From positions 1 to 64,000 of the forward strand of contig JAAILG010001529.1 of assembly GCA_012026655.1 (NCBI GenBank): 64,000 nucleotides of DNA, read 5' to 3'. Positions 12,599 to 24,090 of this stretch are shown in pieces. Position 1 is the first letter of the stretch, and each line of letters begins with the position of its first letter. Both the position numbers and the translations under genes were made by a program. The notes below the pieces were generated by a model. That model ran no database searches and was not told where the DNA came from. It saw only the letters and a list, made by a program, of their open reading frames with translations. This DNA is from Hydrolagus affinis (lineage: Eukaryota).

Positions 12599-13524
12599 CT
12601 ACCAGAAGAAAATTGTTAACTGCTCAAATGATATAATTTTCCAATGAAGTCCAGAACATTCCTTGTCAAATGAAGCAGTCTAAGATTATAAAATCAACTT
12701 CATGAAGAGAACCTCAACTAATTTTAATTTAAGTGTAACCTCAAATCAAGGTATATATGAATGTGTAAATTCATATTGGTAGTCTCTAAAAAATAAAACA
12801 AATGGATGGTTTACATGAAATAGTTAACAATCTTTTGGCTCAAGGCTTGTATTCTTAATCAAATTCTTTGCAGTCTCTGATCTGGAAGGTTTCCAAGAGA
12901 TCTTCAATAATCTTGTGCATTGAGGAAATTGTGATGGAAGTGTATTTGTGAAAGTATACCTTGACCTTCCTCAAGATGTCTATTATGGCTCTCTGTGGCA
13001 GTGAGCAAGACTGTAACACACTCTGATAACCTAAATTTTGTTTTTTATATAAAAAGTCAGTGACCCAGGTTATCTCCCAGTCTGATTGTGTAGGGAAACC
13101 AAGCACGTTGATGGCAAGTCTGGCTTAGTCTCACTTTTGCAACTTCCTCTGATCAGCTAATTCAGCTACAAAATCTCAGCCCAACCGCCACAAATCTATA
13201 TACAGTAGAAGCCCGTTTAACCGTGACTCGATGAACCGTATGTTACACAGCGGTATAGCTAGTACAATTATATTACTCTAGGTGTTCAAAATGTGGTGGA
13301 ATGGTGGAACAATGGGTTTTAACTAACTAAAACCATAAAAGAAGTTTAAAGGTGCACATATACCTCTTCTAAACATTGTAAATAAAAAGAATCATTCATA
13401 CTCTTTCATCAAGGAGATGGAATAAATAAGACCAAATGTGTTTGATTGAAACAAAATAACCCTTTACATTGTCTCCGTAAAATCCTAGAAATATAAAACC
13501 AAGTACTATATGTACAGTACTCAC

Positions 13525-13636
13525 CTTTGGAATCCACATTCACAGCAAGAATCTCAGCCTTTTCTGGAATGGAAAGCTTTTTAGGAGTTCGCTGAAAGCA
13601 ATCTGGTACTTTTGGCGTCCCGCCTGTTTTGACCAC
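13525..13636 (-). CDS. UBR5: UBR5 exon 18
   Basis: VVKTGGTPKVPDCFQRTPKKLSIPEKAEILAVNVDSKG; TAG acceptor, GTGAGT donor. Confidence 0.97.
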
Positions 13637-14510
13637 CTAAAAGAAACATGGAATGTACATCATCTGAACTGTAAACTGCACTCCACAAAATATACATCTT
13701 CTATATCTAGGTCAGTTATCTGCCGTGAACACTTACTCATGTTCTTGAGTTGAAAAAGCTCCTTAGTCAATTGTATTTCTAAACTCACTTCACAAAATGG
13801 TCACCTTTCAATAACACATCAACTACTGCAATTCACTTGCTACATGACTCTCAAGAGAAATAACCTTTACTTCCCACCCTTTCTTGTTCAAATTGTTGAA
13901 ATAGTTACGATCCGCAGCATATATATAGTAATTTTTCCATCCGTTGGAAAATGCATTTAGTTTAGATGACAGGGTAGTTACGAGGCGTCATCCCCATCAA
14001 AAGCCAACATTACATATGATAAATGACTAGCTTTGCGAATGCACCAAAGCAGAGGGAAAAAAAAGGGTAGTGAGTAATCGTTTGTTTGGATGAGCTATTG
14101 AAATTGAGCAAGTCAGGATGGAAATTTATGTGCATTTGGGTACAAGTGTTTGAAATTCTTTTCAATACTGTGAATTTTACCATGGATTAAAAACAAACTC
14201 CCAACACTAAATCACCAACTCTACTATCTCTATATTACTTTAGGATGCACCAAGATAGAACAAGTGGACATAGAAAAGGCAATTCCAGGACAGATATTAC
14301 AAAGTTTTTCTTTAACCAGAGAGTACTTAAATGCTGAAATGGGAAGGATGAATGAGGTACAGAACATTTAAAAAGCAGATCAATACTGTGATAAGGGTGG
14401 GTGAAATCAGATGAGCCGAAGGGGCCTTTAAGCTAAATTTTATGGACTGTTACACATTTCAAGATGCCTTATTGTTATGTGTACCAGGTTACCACATTTA
14501 AAATGCTTAC

Positions 14511-14654
14511 TTGAAGCTCATCAATGCGTAGTAGCCTACAGTCTTGTAGGAGAGAAGTTGGGTCAGCATCTGTGGTAGTGCAGCTCTGATTATTGACGTT
14601 GGTGGAAGTCCCCGGGAATTTCACAGCCACGTAGGCACCGTCTACTTTCAATAC
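14511..14654 (-). CDS. UBR5: UBR5 exon 17
   Basis: VLKVDGAYVAVKFPGTSTNVNNQSCTTTDADPTSLLQDCRLLRIDELQ; AAG acceptor, GTAAG donor. Confidence 0.96.
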
Positions 14655-14724
14655 CTTTTGAATAAATGGAAATGCATTCAATTAAAAAAATAGTATGTAG
14701 GCTTACGCAGCAGTAATGTTTTGT

Positions 14725-15150
14725 GTTACTGTCCTTTCTCCCCCATATCCGTGCCATGACCAGCACCACCTTCTACCACCTCCGCAACATCGCCTGTCTC
14801 CTCCGCCACTTCATTCATCAGGTCGCTGAAACCCTTACATGCGCGTTTGACAACTTTGTTGGCTTCCGCAATTCTTCCCTCCACAAGCCGCAAATCATCC
14901 AAAACTCTGCAACTCGTGTCCTCTCTGATATTAAGCTCCATGACTCCATCACCCCCACCCTCAGAGGATTGAATTCAAGATCCTCGTCCTCATTTTCAAG
15001 GCCCTCCATAGCCTTAGCCACTCCTTCCTCTCTGACCTGCTGATCCCCTATCAACCTGAACACTCCCTCTGTTCAGCACGCTCCATGTTTCCCGCCCGAC
15101 CCGCCCTACCATCGGTGGCCAGGCTTTCAGCCTCTCTACCTCTTTGGCTT
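14725..15150 (+). mobile_element. L2 LINE fragment
   Basis: [21 protein letters not shown]...QIIQNSATRVL, typical of L2 ORF2. Confidence 0.8.
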
Positions 15151-15322
15151 ATTATTACTATAACAAGGAGTAATGTGCATTTTTTTTTAAAAAGAAATCT
15201 TTGCTAGATGGTTATTTTTAGAAAATATTCTGCATCATTCCCTCATGTGTTCATACAATAGGACAGTTAGGTTAATTACATGTAATCAGTAAAAATACTG
15301 GATATATGATAAGACAACTGAC

Positions 15323-15435
15323 CTTTCCCACTGGTACATTTTTAACATCTTCAACAAATACCACTTCTCGCAGTGGCCATTGTTCCTCATTCACTTTCTC
15401 TTCCTCTTTTGGAGCTGGAGTGGAACGTCTACGCT
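15323..15435 (-). CDS. UBR5: UBR5 exon 16
   Basis: KRRRSTPAPKEEEKVNEEQWPLREVVFVEDVKNVPVGK; CAG acceptor, GTCAGT donor. Confidence 0.97.
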
Positions 15436-15971
15436 CTGTTTAGACAAAAAGAAAACTTTGGCTTAGGACGATCAAGTTGCTCTTAACAAAAGATTACAAT
15501 ATATAAATATAGATTTTGGATTATTTTGGTCAGCTGATTATGACATTTATGAAATCCATCACTACGCTCTGAGAGTCCAACCAGACAGAGTTCCACGTAC
15601 ATACATACACAAGTAAAAATCTGTGGGTTTCGCATGAAATTTGATATCCCTGGAGGTATCTATGTTGTAATTTCAGAGTGTGTTAGGCAGGTGCCAACTT
15701 AGCTTAGGGATTCCAGAGTGTGTCATTAATAAGAATCAGGCAAGAATTCCACATTCTCCAGGTGGGATCATCCTCCATATGTACGCTAAGGCTTGGCAGG
15801 GTTAACATGAGCTGAGTAAGGCCAATGACTGTTCTGTCCATTCAAGCCCTGCTGATGGGCCAGGCTAGCTGGACCACCATCAGCAATACCCTGGAGTACT
15901 GCAGAACTGGCTCAGGAATCTGACTCCCAAGACTACTTCAGGTAGTTAACTTGATTTTGCTTCCCAACCAA

Positions 15972-17657
15972 GTGAGTACTTTGCCTCTGTCTTCACAAGA
16001 GAAGAAGATGCAGCCAATGTCACAGTATTAGAGGAGAGTGTAGTAGAAATTGATAAGATAAGCATAACCAGAGAGGAAGTACTAAAAAGGTTGACGGCGC
16101 TCAAGGTAGATAAGTCGCCCGGTCCAGATGGGATGCATCCTACGTTACTAAGGGAAGTATGGGAGCAAATAGCAGAGACTCTGACCACAATCTTTCAATC
16201 TTCCTTGGACACAGGGTTGGTACCAGAGGACTGGAGGGTTGCAAATGTTACTCCCCTATACAAAAAGGGGCAGAAGGACACACCTGGGAACTACAAGCCA
16301 GTCAGTCTAACGTCAGTAGTGGGCAAACTTCTAGAGTCTATAATCAGGGACAAGATGGATCTTCACTTAGAAAAATATAGGCTGATAAAGAACAGCCAGC
16401 ATGGATTTGTTAAAGGCAAATCTTGCCTTACAAATCTAATAGAATTTTTCAACGATGTAACAGAATCGGTGGACGAGGGCAGCGCAGTTGATGTAGTTTA
16501 CATGGACTTTCAAAAGGCATTTGACAAAGTGCCGCATGAGAGGCTTATAAGGAAAATAGAGGCCCATGGTGTTAAAGGGACAGTGGTAGCATGGAACCAC
16601 AACTGGCTGCGAGACAGAAAGCAGAGAGTTGTGGTGAGTGGCTGCTTTTCAGACTGGAGGGAAGTGTTCAGTGGCGTCCCCCGGGGATCAGTTTTGGGAT
16701 TACTGCTCTTTTTAATATACATTAATGATTTGGGTTTAGAGAGTACGGTTTCCAAATTTGCAGATGATACTAAGTTAGGGAGAATAGTAAATAGTGAGGA
16801 GGATAGTAGCCATCTGCAAGAGGATATAAATAAAATAGTAAAGTGGGCAGACACATGGCAGATGAAGTTTAATACAGAGAAGTGTGAAGTGATACACTTT
16901 GGGAGAAGAAATGAGGGGAGGCAATATAGGTTAGATAGTACAATTTTAAAGGGTGTGAAGGAACAGAGAGACCTGGGGATTTGTGTTAGTGACACTTTGA
17001 AAGTGGCAGGACAGGTAGACAAAGCCGTTAAGAAGGCATATGGGAATACTAGGCTTTATAAATAGGAGTATAGAATACAAAAGTCAGGAAGTGCTGATTA
17101 ACCTCTACAAGACTTTGGTTAGGCCTCAGCTGGAGTACTGCATACAATTCTGGTCACCACATTTTAGGCATTGGAAAGGGTGCAGAGAAGATTTACTAGG
17201 AATGGTACCAGGAATGAGGGACTTCAGCTACGAGGAAAGGCTAGATAGGCTAGGCTTATTCTCTCTAAAACAAAGAAGATTGAGAGGAGACCTAATAGAG
17301 GTTTATAAGATTATGAGAGGTTTCGACAGGGTGAATAGGGAAAGACTGTTTCCATTGGTGGGCGAATCAGTGACTCGTGGTCACAGATTTAAAATCGTTT
17401 CAAAACGAAGCAGAGGGGAGCTGAGGAGAAATTTTTTCACTCAGCGGGTTGTTCAAATCTGGAATGCATTGCCAGAAAACGTGGTGGAGACAGATTCCAT
17501 AATAGCTTTTAAAAGGGAACTAGATCTTTATTTAGGAAGAGCAGGTCTGTTAGGTTATGGGTAGAAAGCTGGGCAGTGGGGTTGAGTTGCTCTGTTCAAA
17601 GAGCCGGCCCAGACTAGATGGGCCTCTTTTTGTGCCATATAATTCTATGATTCTATG
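15972..17657 (+). mobile_element. CR1-clade LINE, 5'-truncated, with reverse transcriptase domain (intron 15, antisense to UBR5)
   Basis: ORFs 16091-17065 and 17040-17564 carry CR1 ORF2 motifs KSPGPDGMHP, QHGFVKGKSCLTNL, DVVYMDFQKAFDKVPH, KFADD, LVRPQLEYC and RNFFTQRVV. There is a frameshift and small deletions. The 3' end is (ATTCTATG)2. Confidence 0.95.
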
Positions 17658-17821
17658 AAGTAGATGATGCCTAACTTGAAAACCATTAATTAGACTCAGG
17701 AAAGAACATTATGCAATTTCGGTCACTCCACTTTAGGAAGGATTTTAGGGCGAGATTATCATTTAAAGGAGATTTTGCTTGAAAACTGGCGCATAAAGAA
17801 GGTCCCATTTGTTACACTTAC

Positions 17822-17931
17822 TGTAGGGTAGTGATGCACTGCTGGCGATAGAGGATGCATCACTGCAAGTTGATGCTGGGGAAGGAGGAGGACCCATTTC
17901 AGTCTTCACAGATTCTGGTTTATTCTCTATC
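17822..17931 (-). CDS. UBR5: UBR5 exon 15
   Basis: IENKPESVKTEMGPPPSPASTCSDASSIASSASLPY; TAG acceptor, GTAAGT donor. Confidence 0.96.
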
Positions 17932-18364
17932 CTACACCAAAAAGAAACATATTTAAAAAGCAAATCAGTTTTGCATGGAGTATGTTTTAATACAAGTTAG
18001 AATCCATCTTCTGATTAGAGTCAAAATTGTCTTTTTGAATGCGACCAGCCATTTTTAACTCTCCCCCTTCCACATCCACCGCTTCCTCTTCTAAATTTCC
18101 CCTCATGGGTTTCCTGAGCTGCCAGACCCAGAATAGGCATAGCCTACTGCTGCAAAATCTCACCACTGTCATTCTCCTGATTTCAGAGCAATGCACAACC
18201 GCAGGGAAGCATTGGGTTTGTGCAGCTCCTCCCAGGCCATCATGGGGAAACATCTGTGGTGCCTGCACCCAGGCATGGGAGTGGTCAGATTTTGTTGTCA
18301 AGACTCTCTTAACAGAGATCAGACTCCAGAACCTCACAGTATTGTTTTCTCTCACATCATAGTA

Positions 18365-18573
18365 CAGTAAAAGCCCATTTATCCGGCACCCTCCGGACCT
18401 GGCCAATGTCGGTTAAAGTGCTTGCCGGATTTTCGGCCGAAAAAGGCAAAAAAATATATTTTAATGCATTTTTCCGGATAAATTTCGGTTAATCGAATAC
18501 GGACCTTTTCTTTGCGATGCCAGTTTTACGGAAGTTATGGTTGATCAGGTGCCGGATAAACGGGCTTTTACTG
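18365..18573. mobile_element. Tigger/pogo-type MITE (Tc1/mariner superfamily)
   Basis: 26-bp TIRs CAGTAAAAGCCCATTTATCCGGCACC / GGTGCCGGATAAACGGGCTTTTACTG (1 mismatch), flanked by TA on both sides; CpG-rich interior suggests a young copy. Confidence 0.9.
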
Positions 18574-18903
18574 TATAGTTGTTCTTATTCTCACCACACA
18601 GGAATCAAACTTCCCGCAAAACACTACAATTCCCAAATACACTGACAGGAGAGTTGACTGACAGATTTTTTTAAAATCATATTTAAAACAGTTTCCCAAT
18701 AGAAACATTTCAAATGGGTCTACAACGTTTTAAAATAGGCCTCTTTCCTTAACTTAAGAAACTTTTGACTATATTTGTGGACGGCCTGACTATAAAAATT
18801 CCAACTCCAAAACAAGATCTGTGACCTTAAGGAAATTACTATACAGAGTTAATGAACTTACATAAATGCATATTCAATGTACAGCTCTACTTGAATAACT
18901 TAC

Positions 18904-19088
18904 TTGTTTTCTGTACTTTTGGACAACTTTTCTAAGCTTTTCAAACTTTCTGGCGAACGCAGCTGGAATCGACAACTGTCATTCATGTTCCAAACTGATT
19001 CCATCAGTACACCAACTTTTGGAATGCCAGCACTGATGGAAAAAGCTACAGCTCCAGAGTGGTAAAGTGGATTATTTCTCAAACACAC
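18904..19088 (-). CDS. UBR5: UBR5 exon 14
   Basis: VCLRNNPLYHSGAVAFSISAGIPKVGVLMESVWNMNDSCRFQLRSPESLKSLEKLSKSTENK; TAG acceptor, GTAAGT donor. Confidence 0.97.
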
Positions 19089-19412
19089 CTAATGGAACAA
19101 AGGCACATTTCTTTGCACTGCACTTCAGAGAAATTGACAACTGAACATTAGTCTTTTACTTCTCGATTTGATAAATACAAATAAAATTTTAGCTGCAGAG
19201 ATATTTAAAATATTAACTTTAGCTGAATTATATGACACTTCTCTCTGGTTTTGTCTAATCTTTCAACCATTTCAAAATGCCCTCACCATTTTCAATAAGA
19301 GAACAGTCTCATTTAATCCACGGATTTTAATTCATGCAAAAATATGGCAGTTCAATTATAATCTTAACTGAAGATTTAAATATTGAAAACATAGCCCTTC
19401 AATTCTCCTGAC

Positions 19413-19530
19413 CTGTGTTCCGACTGTGATGTTGGGTATTGAAGAAATTCCTGCACTAGACTTTGGCTTTTTGTTTTTGGCTCTGGCCTTCTCGAGCATC
19501 TTCTTCCTTTGACTGAAAGGAACTACTCCC
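19413..19530 (-). CDS. UBR5: UBR5 exon 13
   Basis: GVVPFSQRKKMLEKARAKNKKPKSSAGISSIPNITVGTQ; TAG acceptor, GTCAG donor. Confidence 0.97.
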
Positions 19531-19849
19531 CTAGGGGACAAACAAACATCCTTTGGTCTGCCAAATTCCAGTAAAATTTTTCATCATCGCAGTTTTAAAA
19601 ATTGAACAAGTTTTTAAGATTCCAAGTTAAAACAGCAGTAACTCGGGCTTCACTTTTTTTCATTAAAAAATGCAGATTTATTAGGATTTCAAAGAGTAGC
19701 ACAGAAGAACCATATGAAAGCATTTATAATTATGAAAATCTGGATTGCAGACTTAATTAGACTCAATACATCAGGTATGTGACCTGCCATTTTTTTTTAA
19801 ATGGGTCACAAACCATAGCTCAGTGATTGGGAGGTAGCTCGGTGGTTAG

Positions 19850-20090
19850 AGCACCTGCCTTATAAGCGAGAGACCTGGGTTCGATTCCAGGCAGGGCAAA
19901 ACCTTTGGCAAGTTTCCTTACACCACATGCCTGATAATAATCCCTCAAAAAAAAACAATAAATCATTTTTCATGATTTTTGTTGGACACTGCTGTGCGCA
20001 ATTGCCTGATGCCTACAAATATGCAGTCAATTCACTTTACACCATATTCTTGACGTCTCAATAATTATATTATTTCAAATACATTATTGA
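19850..20090 (+). mobile_element. tRNA-derived SINE
   Basis: TAGCTCGGTGGTTAGAGCAC...GGGTTCGATTCCAGGCAGGGCAAAACCTTTGGCAAGTTTCCTTAC. Confidence 0.85.
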
Positions 20091-20471
20091 ACAAATACAC
20101 TGGGAGGATTGTTAAAAAAAAATAGTCTTTCATGCAAGCTTGATAGATTCCCAAGGCAAGCAGAATTTCAATATTCCTGCTGTAATGTAATATATGCTGT
20201 GACTTCCTGTGTGCTGCAGATTAAGCGCTAATGCCAATTCCTTAACAGTGACGTGAGCACCACTTCCTGAGCAAGTGCATCTTGTAGGAAGTATTACCAG
20301 CAAGAAGGCAGCCATTTTTCAGTAGAGGAAGCAAGATAGGCACCACTGGAAGACAAGGGTATTGGCTTCTGGTATAGTGATGCACATTACAGGCAAACCT
20401 GTGGTCAACCAGGTGATAGACTAATGGGATCACTCTGAATTCATTCAGATCAATTAACTACAAACACTTAC

Positions 20472-20626
20472 CACCAATACAGGTTATTCTCCAGTTGTGC
20501 ACAAGTATAGAGAGCACAACAATGCAGGGATACAATTCTTTCTCCCTGTAACTCGGTAAAAACTTGCACGCTGTGTTCCAATTTAGAAGCGACAGAGGAT
20601 AAAGTTTCATCCACCCATGTGGCAAC
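20472..20626 (-). CDS. UBR5: UBR5 exon 12
   Basis: VATWVDETLSSVASKLEHSVQVFTELQGERIVSLHCCALYTCAQLENNLYWW; TAG acceptor, GTAAG donor. Confidence 0.97.
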
Positions 20627-20834
20627 CTATGAGAAAGCGTATGTAATATATTGTTCCTTTTGTTAAGTGCAGTACAATCCTTTCCATAACCACAGGTTAT
20701 ATATTCTTTAGATACTGAAACTTTAAACCAAAAGCAGTATTTGACTTTTCACAAAATGATGTGAATATTTACAACAAGTCGGGATAATATCAGTATAGTT
20801 TATGCTAGAAACAAAAAGCACTATAACTTAGCTC

Positions 20835-21085
20835 ATAAGAACACAAGAAATGCTGGATGAAAAAAGACCAAGGTCCATCTAGTTCGCCTTCCACCTCCTG
20901 GTGGTCGCAAGCACATATATCCCAAACCACTTATGTACTATATCCCATAATGTTATTGCCAAAATAAAATCTAATCTGCTTTTGAAAGCATCAACGCATT
21001 CTGCTTCAACTATCTCCCTGGAGAGCCCGTCTCCACAGTTTCTTTCTGCTATAAAAATATTTTCAATACATTCAGTTCTGTAGTA
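20835..21085 (-). mobile_element. CR1 LINE 3' fragment
   Basis: CATAAGAACACAAGAA tail (reverse of (TTCTTATG)n) followed by CR1 3'-end-like sequence. Confidence 0.65.
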
Positions 21086-21258
21086 ATGAAGGATACTTCT
21101 TAAAATGGGACGTAAGCATTTATGTTCTTACAGTGCACTGCCACTGCAAAATCCCTTTGAACATCCCAGGTAGTTTAGTCCTCAATCCTGTAACCCAATT
21201 TAGGTCCAGAAATGTGCTCAGTAGTAAATGTCAAGTGGGCCAATTGCACTATACTCAC

Positions 21259-21369
21259 TTTGTTGTTCTCTGTAGCGACTGTAGCTCTAATGCTGTTTGC
21301 AGCCAAGAGGACAATCTTCTCGCTGGTTAAACCTAACTGTGTGGCTCGAGGATGATGCACAATTGGATT
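21259..21369 (-). CDS. UBR5: UBR5 exon 11
   Basis: NPIVHHPRATQLGLTSEKIVLLAANSIRATVATENNK; AAG acceptor after a 99-bp intron; GTGAGT donor. Confidence 0.95.
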
Positions 21370-21468
21370 CTTCAACCAAAAAAAGTTTGATTTCAATTAG
21401 TATGAAAGCAATAAAATAGTACTGGACAATAAGAAAAGCAATGTGAAGTAAAAATGGTATATTCCTAC

Positions 21469-21585
21469 CTGTGCATTCCTGTAAGGCTCAGATTCATTCC
21501 ACTTCCATTGATACAATTCACCTTTACTGCTAATTGCCACCAGTTCAGAGTATAGCGCTCCAATAGCTATAAACTTAGTACCATC
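21469..21585 (-). CDS. UBR5: UBR5 exon 10
   Basis: DGTKFIAIGALYSELVAISSKGELYQWKWNESEPYRNAQ; CAG acceptor, GTAGG donor. Confidence 0.97.
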
Positions 21586-22198
21586 CTGCGAAAAGTAAAT
21601 TTCAAATAAATCTAGTCCACCAAACCTGGCGACAATAGTCAGTTTCATTCAATTTGCTCTAAAAGCAGAAAATGTGCAACGGTGCTTCAAAAATAAATTC
21701 ACTGAATGAGAAAAAATGAATACAATAGATGAGGTTTACAACAAAATTACATTTGTATAACATCTTTCACGTTGGGATTGAAAGCATAATCAAACAGGGG
21801 GGCCTTGAGGTGGCTCTTGAAGGAGGCAAGGGAGGGGGTGAGATGGAGAGACTGCAGGATGGAGTTCCAGAGGGTGGGGACAGAATGGCGGAAGGTCAAT
21901 GGTGGGGCGGATGCGGCGGGGGACGTGAAGTAGGCTGGAGCACGAAGAGAGCGGGCAGGTTGGTAAGAGGGTTAGATCACAGAGATATTTAGTTTATGTA
22001 GATAAACTAGTGACTACCCTTTAAGGGAGGATGGGAAAATCAGTGAAAAAAATGAGGAAAAGGGAACTTATTTGAGAGTCGGTTACGTTGTTGACATGTT
22101 GCACAAACAAACCCATTGCACGACTTGTTTAGTTGTGTATTGCATGGCTGCTGGCTTTCCCCCAAACCAGCTAATTAATGTGAAGAAATGTCACTCAC

Positions 22199-22410
22199 TC
22201 GGTCAGGCCACCACTGCAATTCTTCTCCCAGGGAAACAGGGCTTTGGACTGGAAGGCTTTTCTTATCCAAAGTTGATTCACCTTCTCGGCTTGTGGAGCC
22301 TCGTTCGTTATCAAATGAGGAACCATCAAGCCACCTCCTTTCGCGTAAACGTAAAACTGACTCACGTTCACGCAACAGATCGGAGTCTCTCTCTAAGGGA
22401 AGAAGGAGAA
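22199..22410 (-). CDS. UBR5: UBR5 exon 9
   Basis: VLLLPLERDSDLLRERESVLRLRERRWLDG...LGEELQWWPDR; CAG acceptor, GTGAGT donor; possible alternative exon start at 22392. Confidence 0.95.
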
Positions 22411-23035
22411 CTGGTATGCAATGGGGTCACACCAGTGAAATAAAAATAAGCCAATCTCTAGGAAAACCCTTGACTGTACAACTAATAACAGTGTTACACA
22501 CAACTTTTAAGGAATAACTTGCTATATGATGGAACAAACATACTGAAATACTATAAACACTTCATTCTATATTAATCTACACCTACCATCCCCAATTCCT
22601 GAGAAAGTTTATCCAATGAATGTTTGATTCATATTTTTCAACAGTTCTGCCCACTGATATCTGGTTTGCACCAAGTTGATCTCAGCCAATGTGGTAACTG
22701 TACTGCTATGCAAAAGCCACTCATCATGGGGAAGGAGAGAAGAGTGTGGGGGAGAGAAGAGAAAAAGCTGGCAGGTTTCCTTGGTCTGATAGCTATCCAG
22801 CAGACCCTGATGGAAATGCATACATATCACCATTGATTAAGGGCAAGGACTGAATGAGGCTTCATGTGAAGAATCTGAATTTGAACGGCCTACAAAAATT
22901 CAGTCAAGGATCAGACACCATGAATAATCACTTGGGAAAGGCATCGGGATGATAAAATTGGCAATGGCAGGATACTCCAAGTAAAAGAATGGGAGTAAAA
23001 CACTGTTATGATAATGGTGAATGAGAGATTATACT

Positions 23036-23490
23036 GTCAGCCTGGCTCAACTTGTAGCACTCTCGCCTCCAAGACAGAAGATTGTGGGTTCAAGCCCCCA
23101 CAGCAGGTCTTTGAACTCACACTCTAGGCTGACACTCCAATGCAGTGCTGGAGGAGTGCTTCATGGATAGATGTCTATCCATGACATCTGGATGAAGCGT
23201 CATCCAGTCGTCAGATGAGACTATAGATAATCCATCTCCTAACCAAATGGATAGCATGGTATTATTCAATAAAGTGAAGTTTCTTCAAATGTTCTGACCA
23301 AGAATCCTCCAGCTAAAATTTGGTATTCTCCCCATGGAAGTTTTAAGGAATATTGCTGTGCAAAAACTGTTTCCAGTATTCACTGACAAATAACAACTTC
23401 ATTTTGCAGTTTTAAAACCAATTCTGTGAAGCACTTTAAGGTGGATTGATATGACGAGGTACTACATCAAATGCAAGGATTATAATTAAT
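23036..23490 (+). mobile_element. DeuSINE-like tRNA SINE (SacSINE1/EshSINE1-like)
   Basis: GTCAGCCTGGCTCAACTTGTAGCACTCTCGCCTC...TGTGGGTTCAAGCCCC...CTAGGCTGACACTCCAATGCAGTG head; related copies at 40011, 42354, 50440-50845 (minus) and 58750. Confidence 0.75.
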
Positions 23491-23889
23491 TAAGATGGTC
23501 AAGGGAGAAAACGTCCCCCTGTTCCACAAACTATATTATCATCTTTAAGTGGTTCTAATCTAACCACCAATTCTTAACCAAGAGGAGAGGCAGGCAACAT
23601 GGTCAGACAGATGCCACTATAATAGTGTAAATGCCTGCAAAAAGTTCAGTGCAATATGATTTCACTCTCTTGGAACTGTTGCTTTTGAGGAAAACATCTC
23701 ATACTTTATTCTACACTCTCTCCCATCTTTCACTCCCTTTTTTCATGCACAAAATTTGACTTAGTCGAATATGACTTCAAATGAAAGATAACATGACCAA
23801 ATGAACCAATTAATTTGGTTCTGAAAGCCATTCAATGTTTCACTCTAAGAATTCAAGAATCTTTCAGAAAACTCCTTGTAAATTTCATA

Positions 23890-24090
23890 TGCATCCAGAC
23901 TGAACTGTGTGATTGTTGAGGACAGCACACTAGGCTAGATTCTGTTCCAACGCAATGTTCACACATTTGTATTTTCCGATGTGGATCACTGGATAGTTAT
24001 CATATCAAGAATCCTGTCCCAAAGATGCTTAAGCCAACTATGCAGTCACAGCTACGAACAATTAATTGGACTGGAAAATAAGCCTTCAAT
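23890..24090 (-). mobile_element. Ancient LF-SINE-like fragment
   Basis: GACAGCACACTAGGCTAGATTCTG...GGATCACTGGATAG...AAGCCAACT resembles the LF-SINE body as I recall it; related pieces at 35140-35260 and 51500-51640. Confidence 0.4.

Noticed and set aside
13203-13260. Tigger-like TIR start (CAGTAGAAGCCCGTTTAACCG); similar starts at 38505 and 46723
   Set aside because: No matching second TIR was found, so complete elements cannot be defined.
16091-17564. Active or domesticated reverse transcriptase gene
   Set aside because: It is a 5'-truncated CR1 with no endonuclease domain or promoter, and it carries a frameshift and deletions.
19850-19900. tRNA gene
   Set aside because: The A/B boxes run into a SINE body shared by several diverged copies; there is no intact cloverleaf. 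The same applies to 10920-10992, 26840-26910 and 55789.
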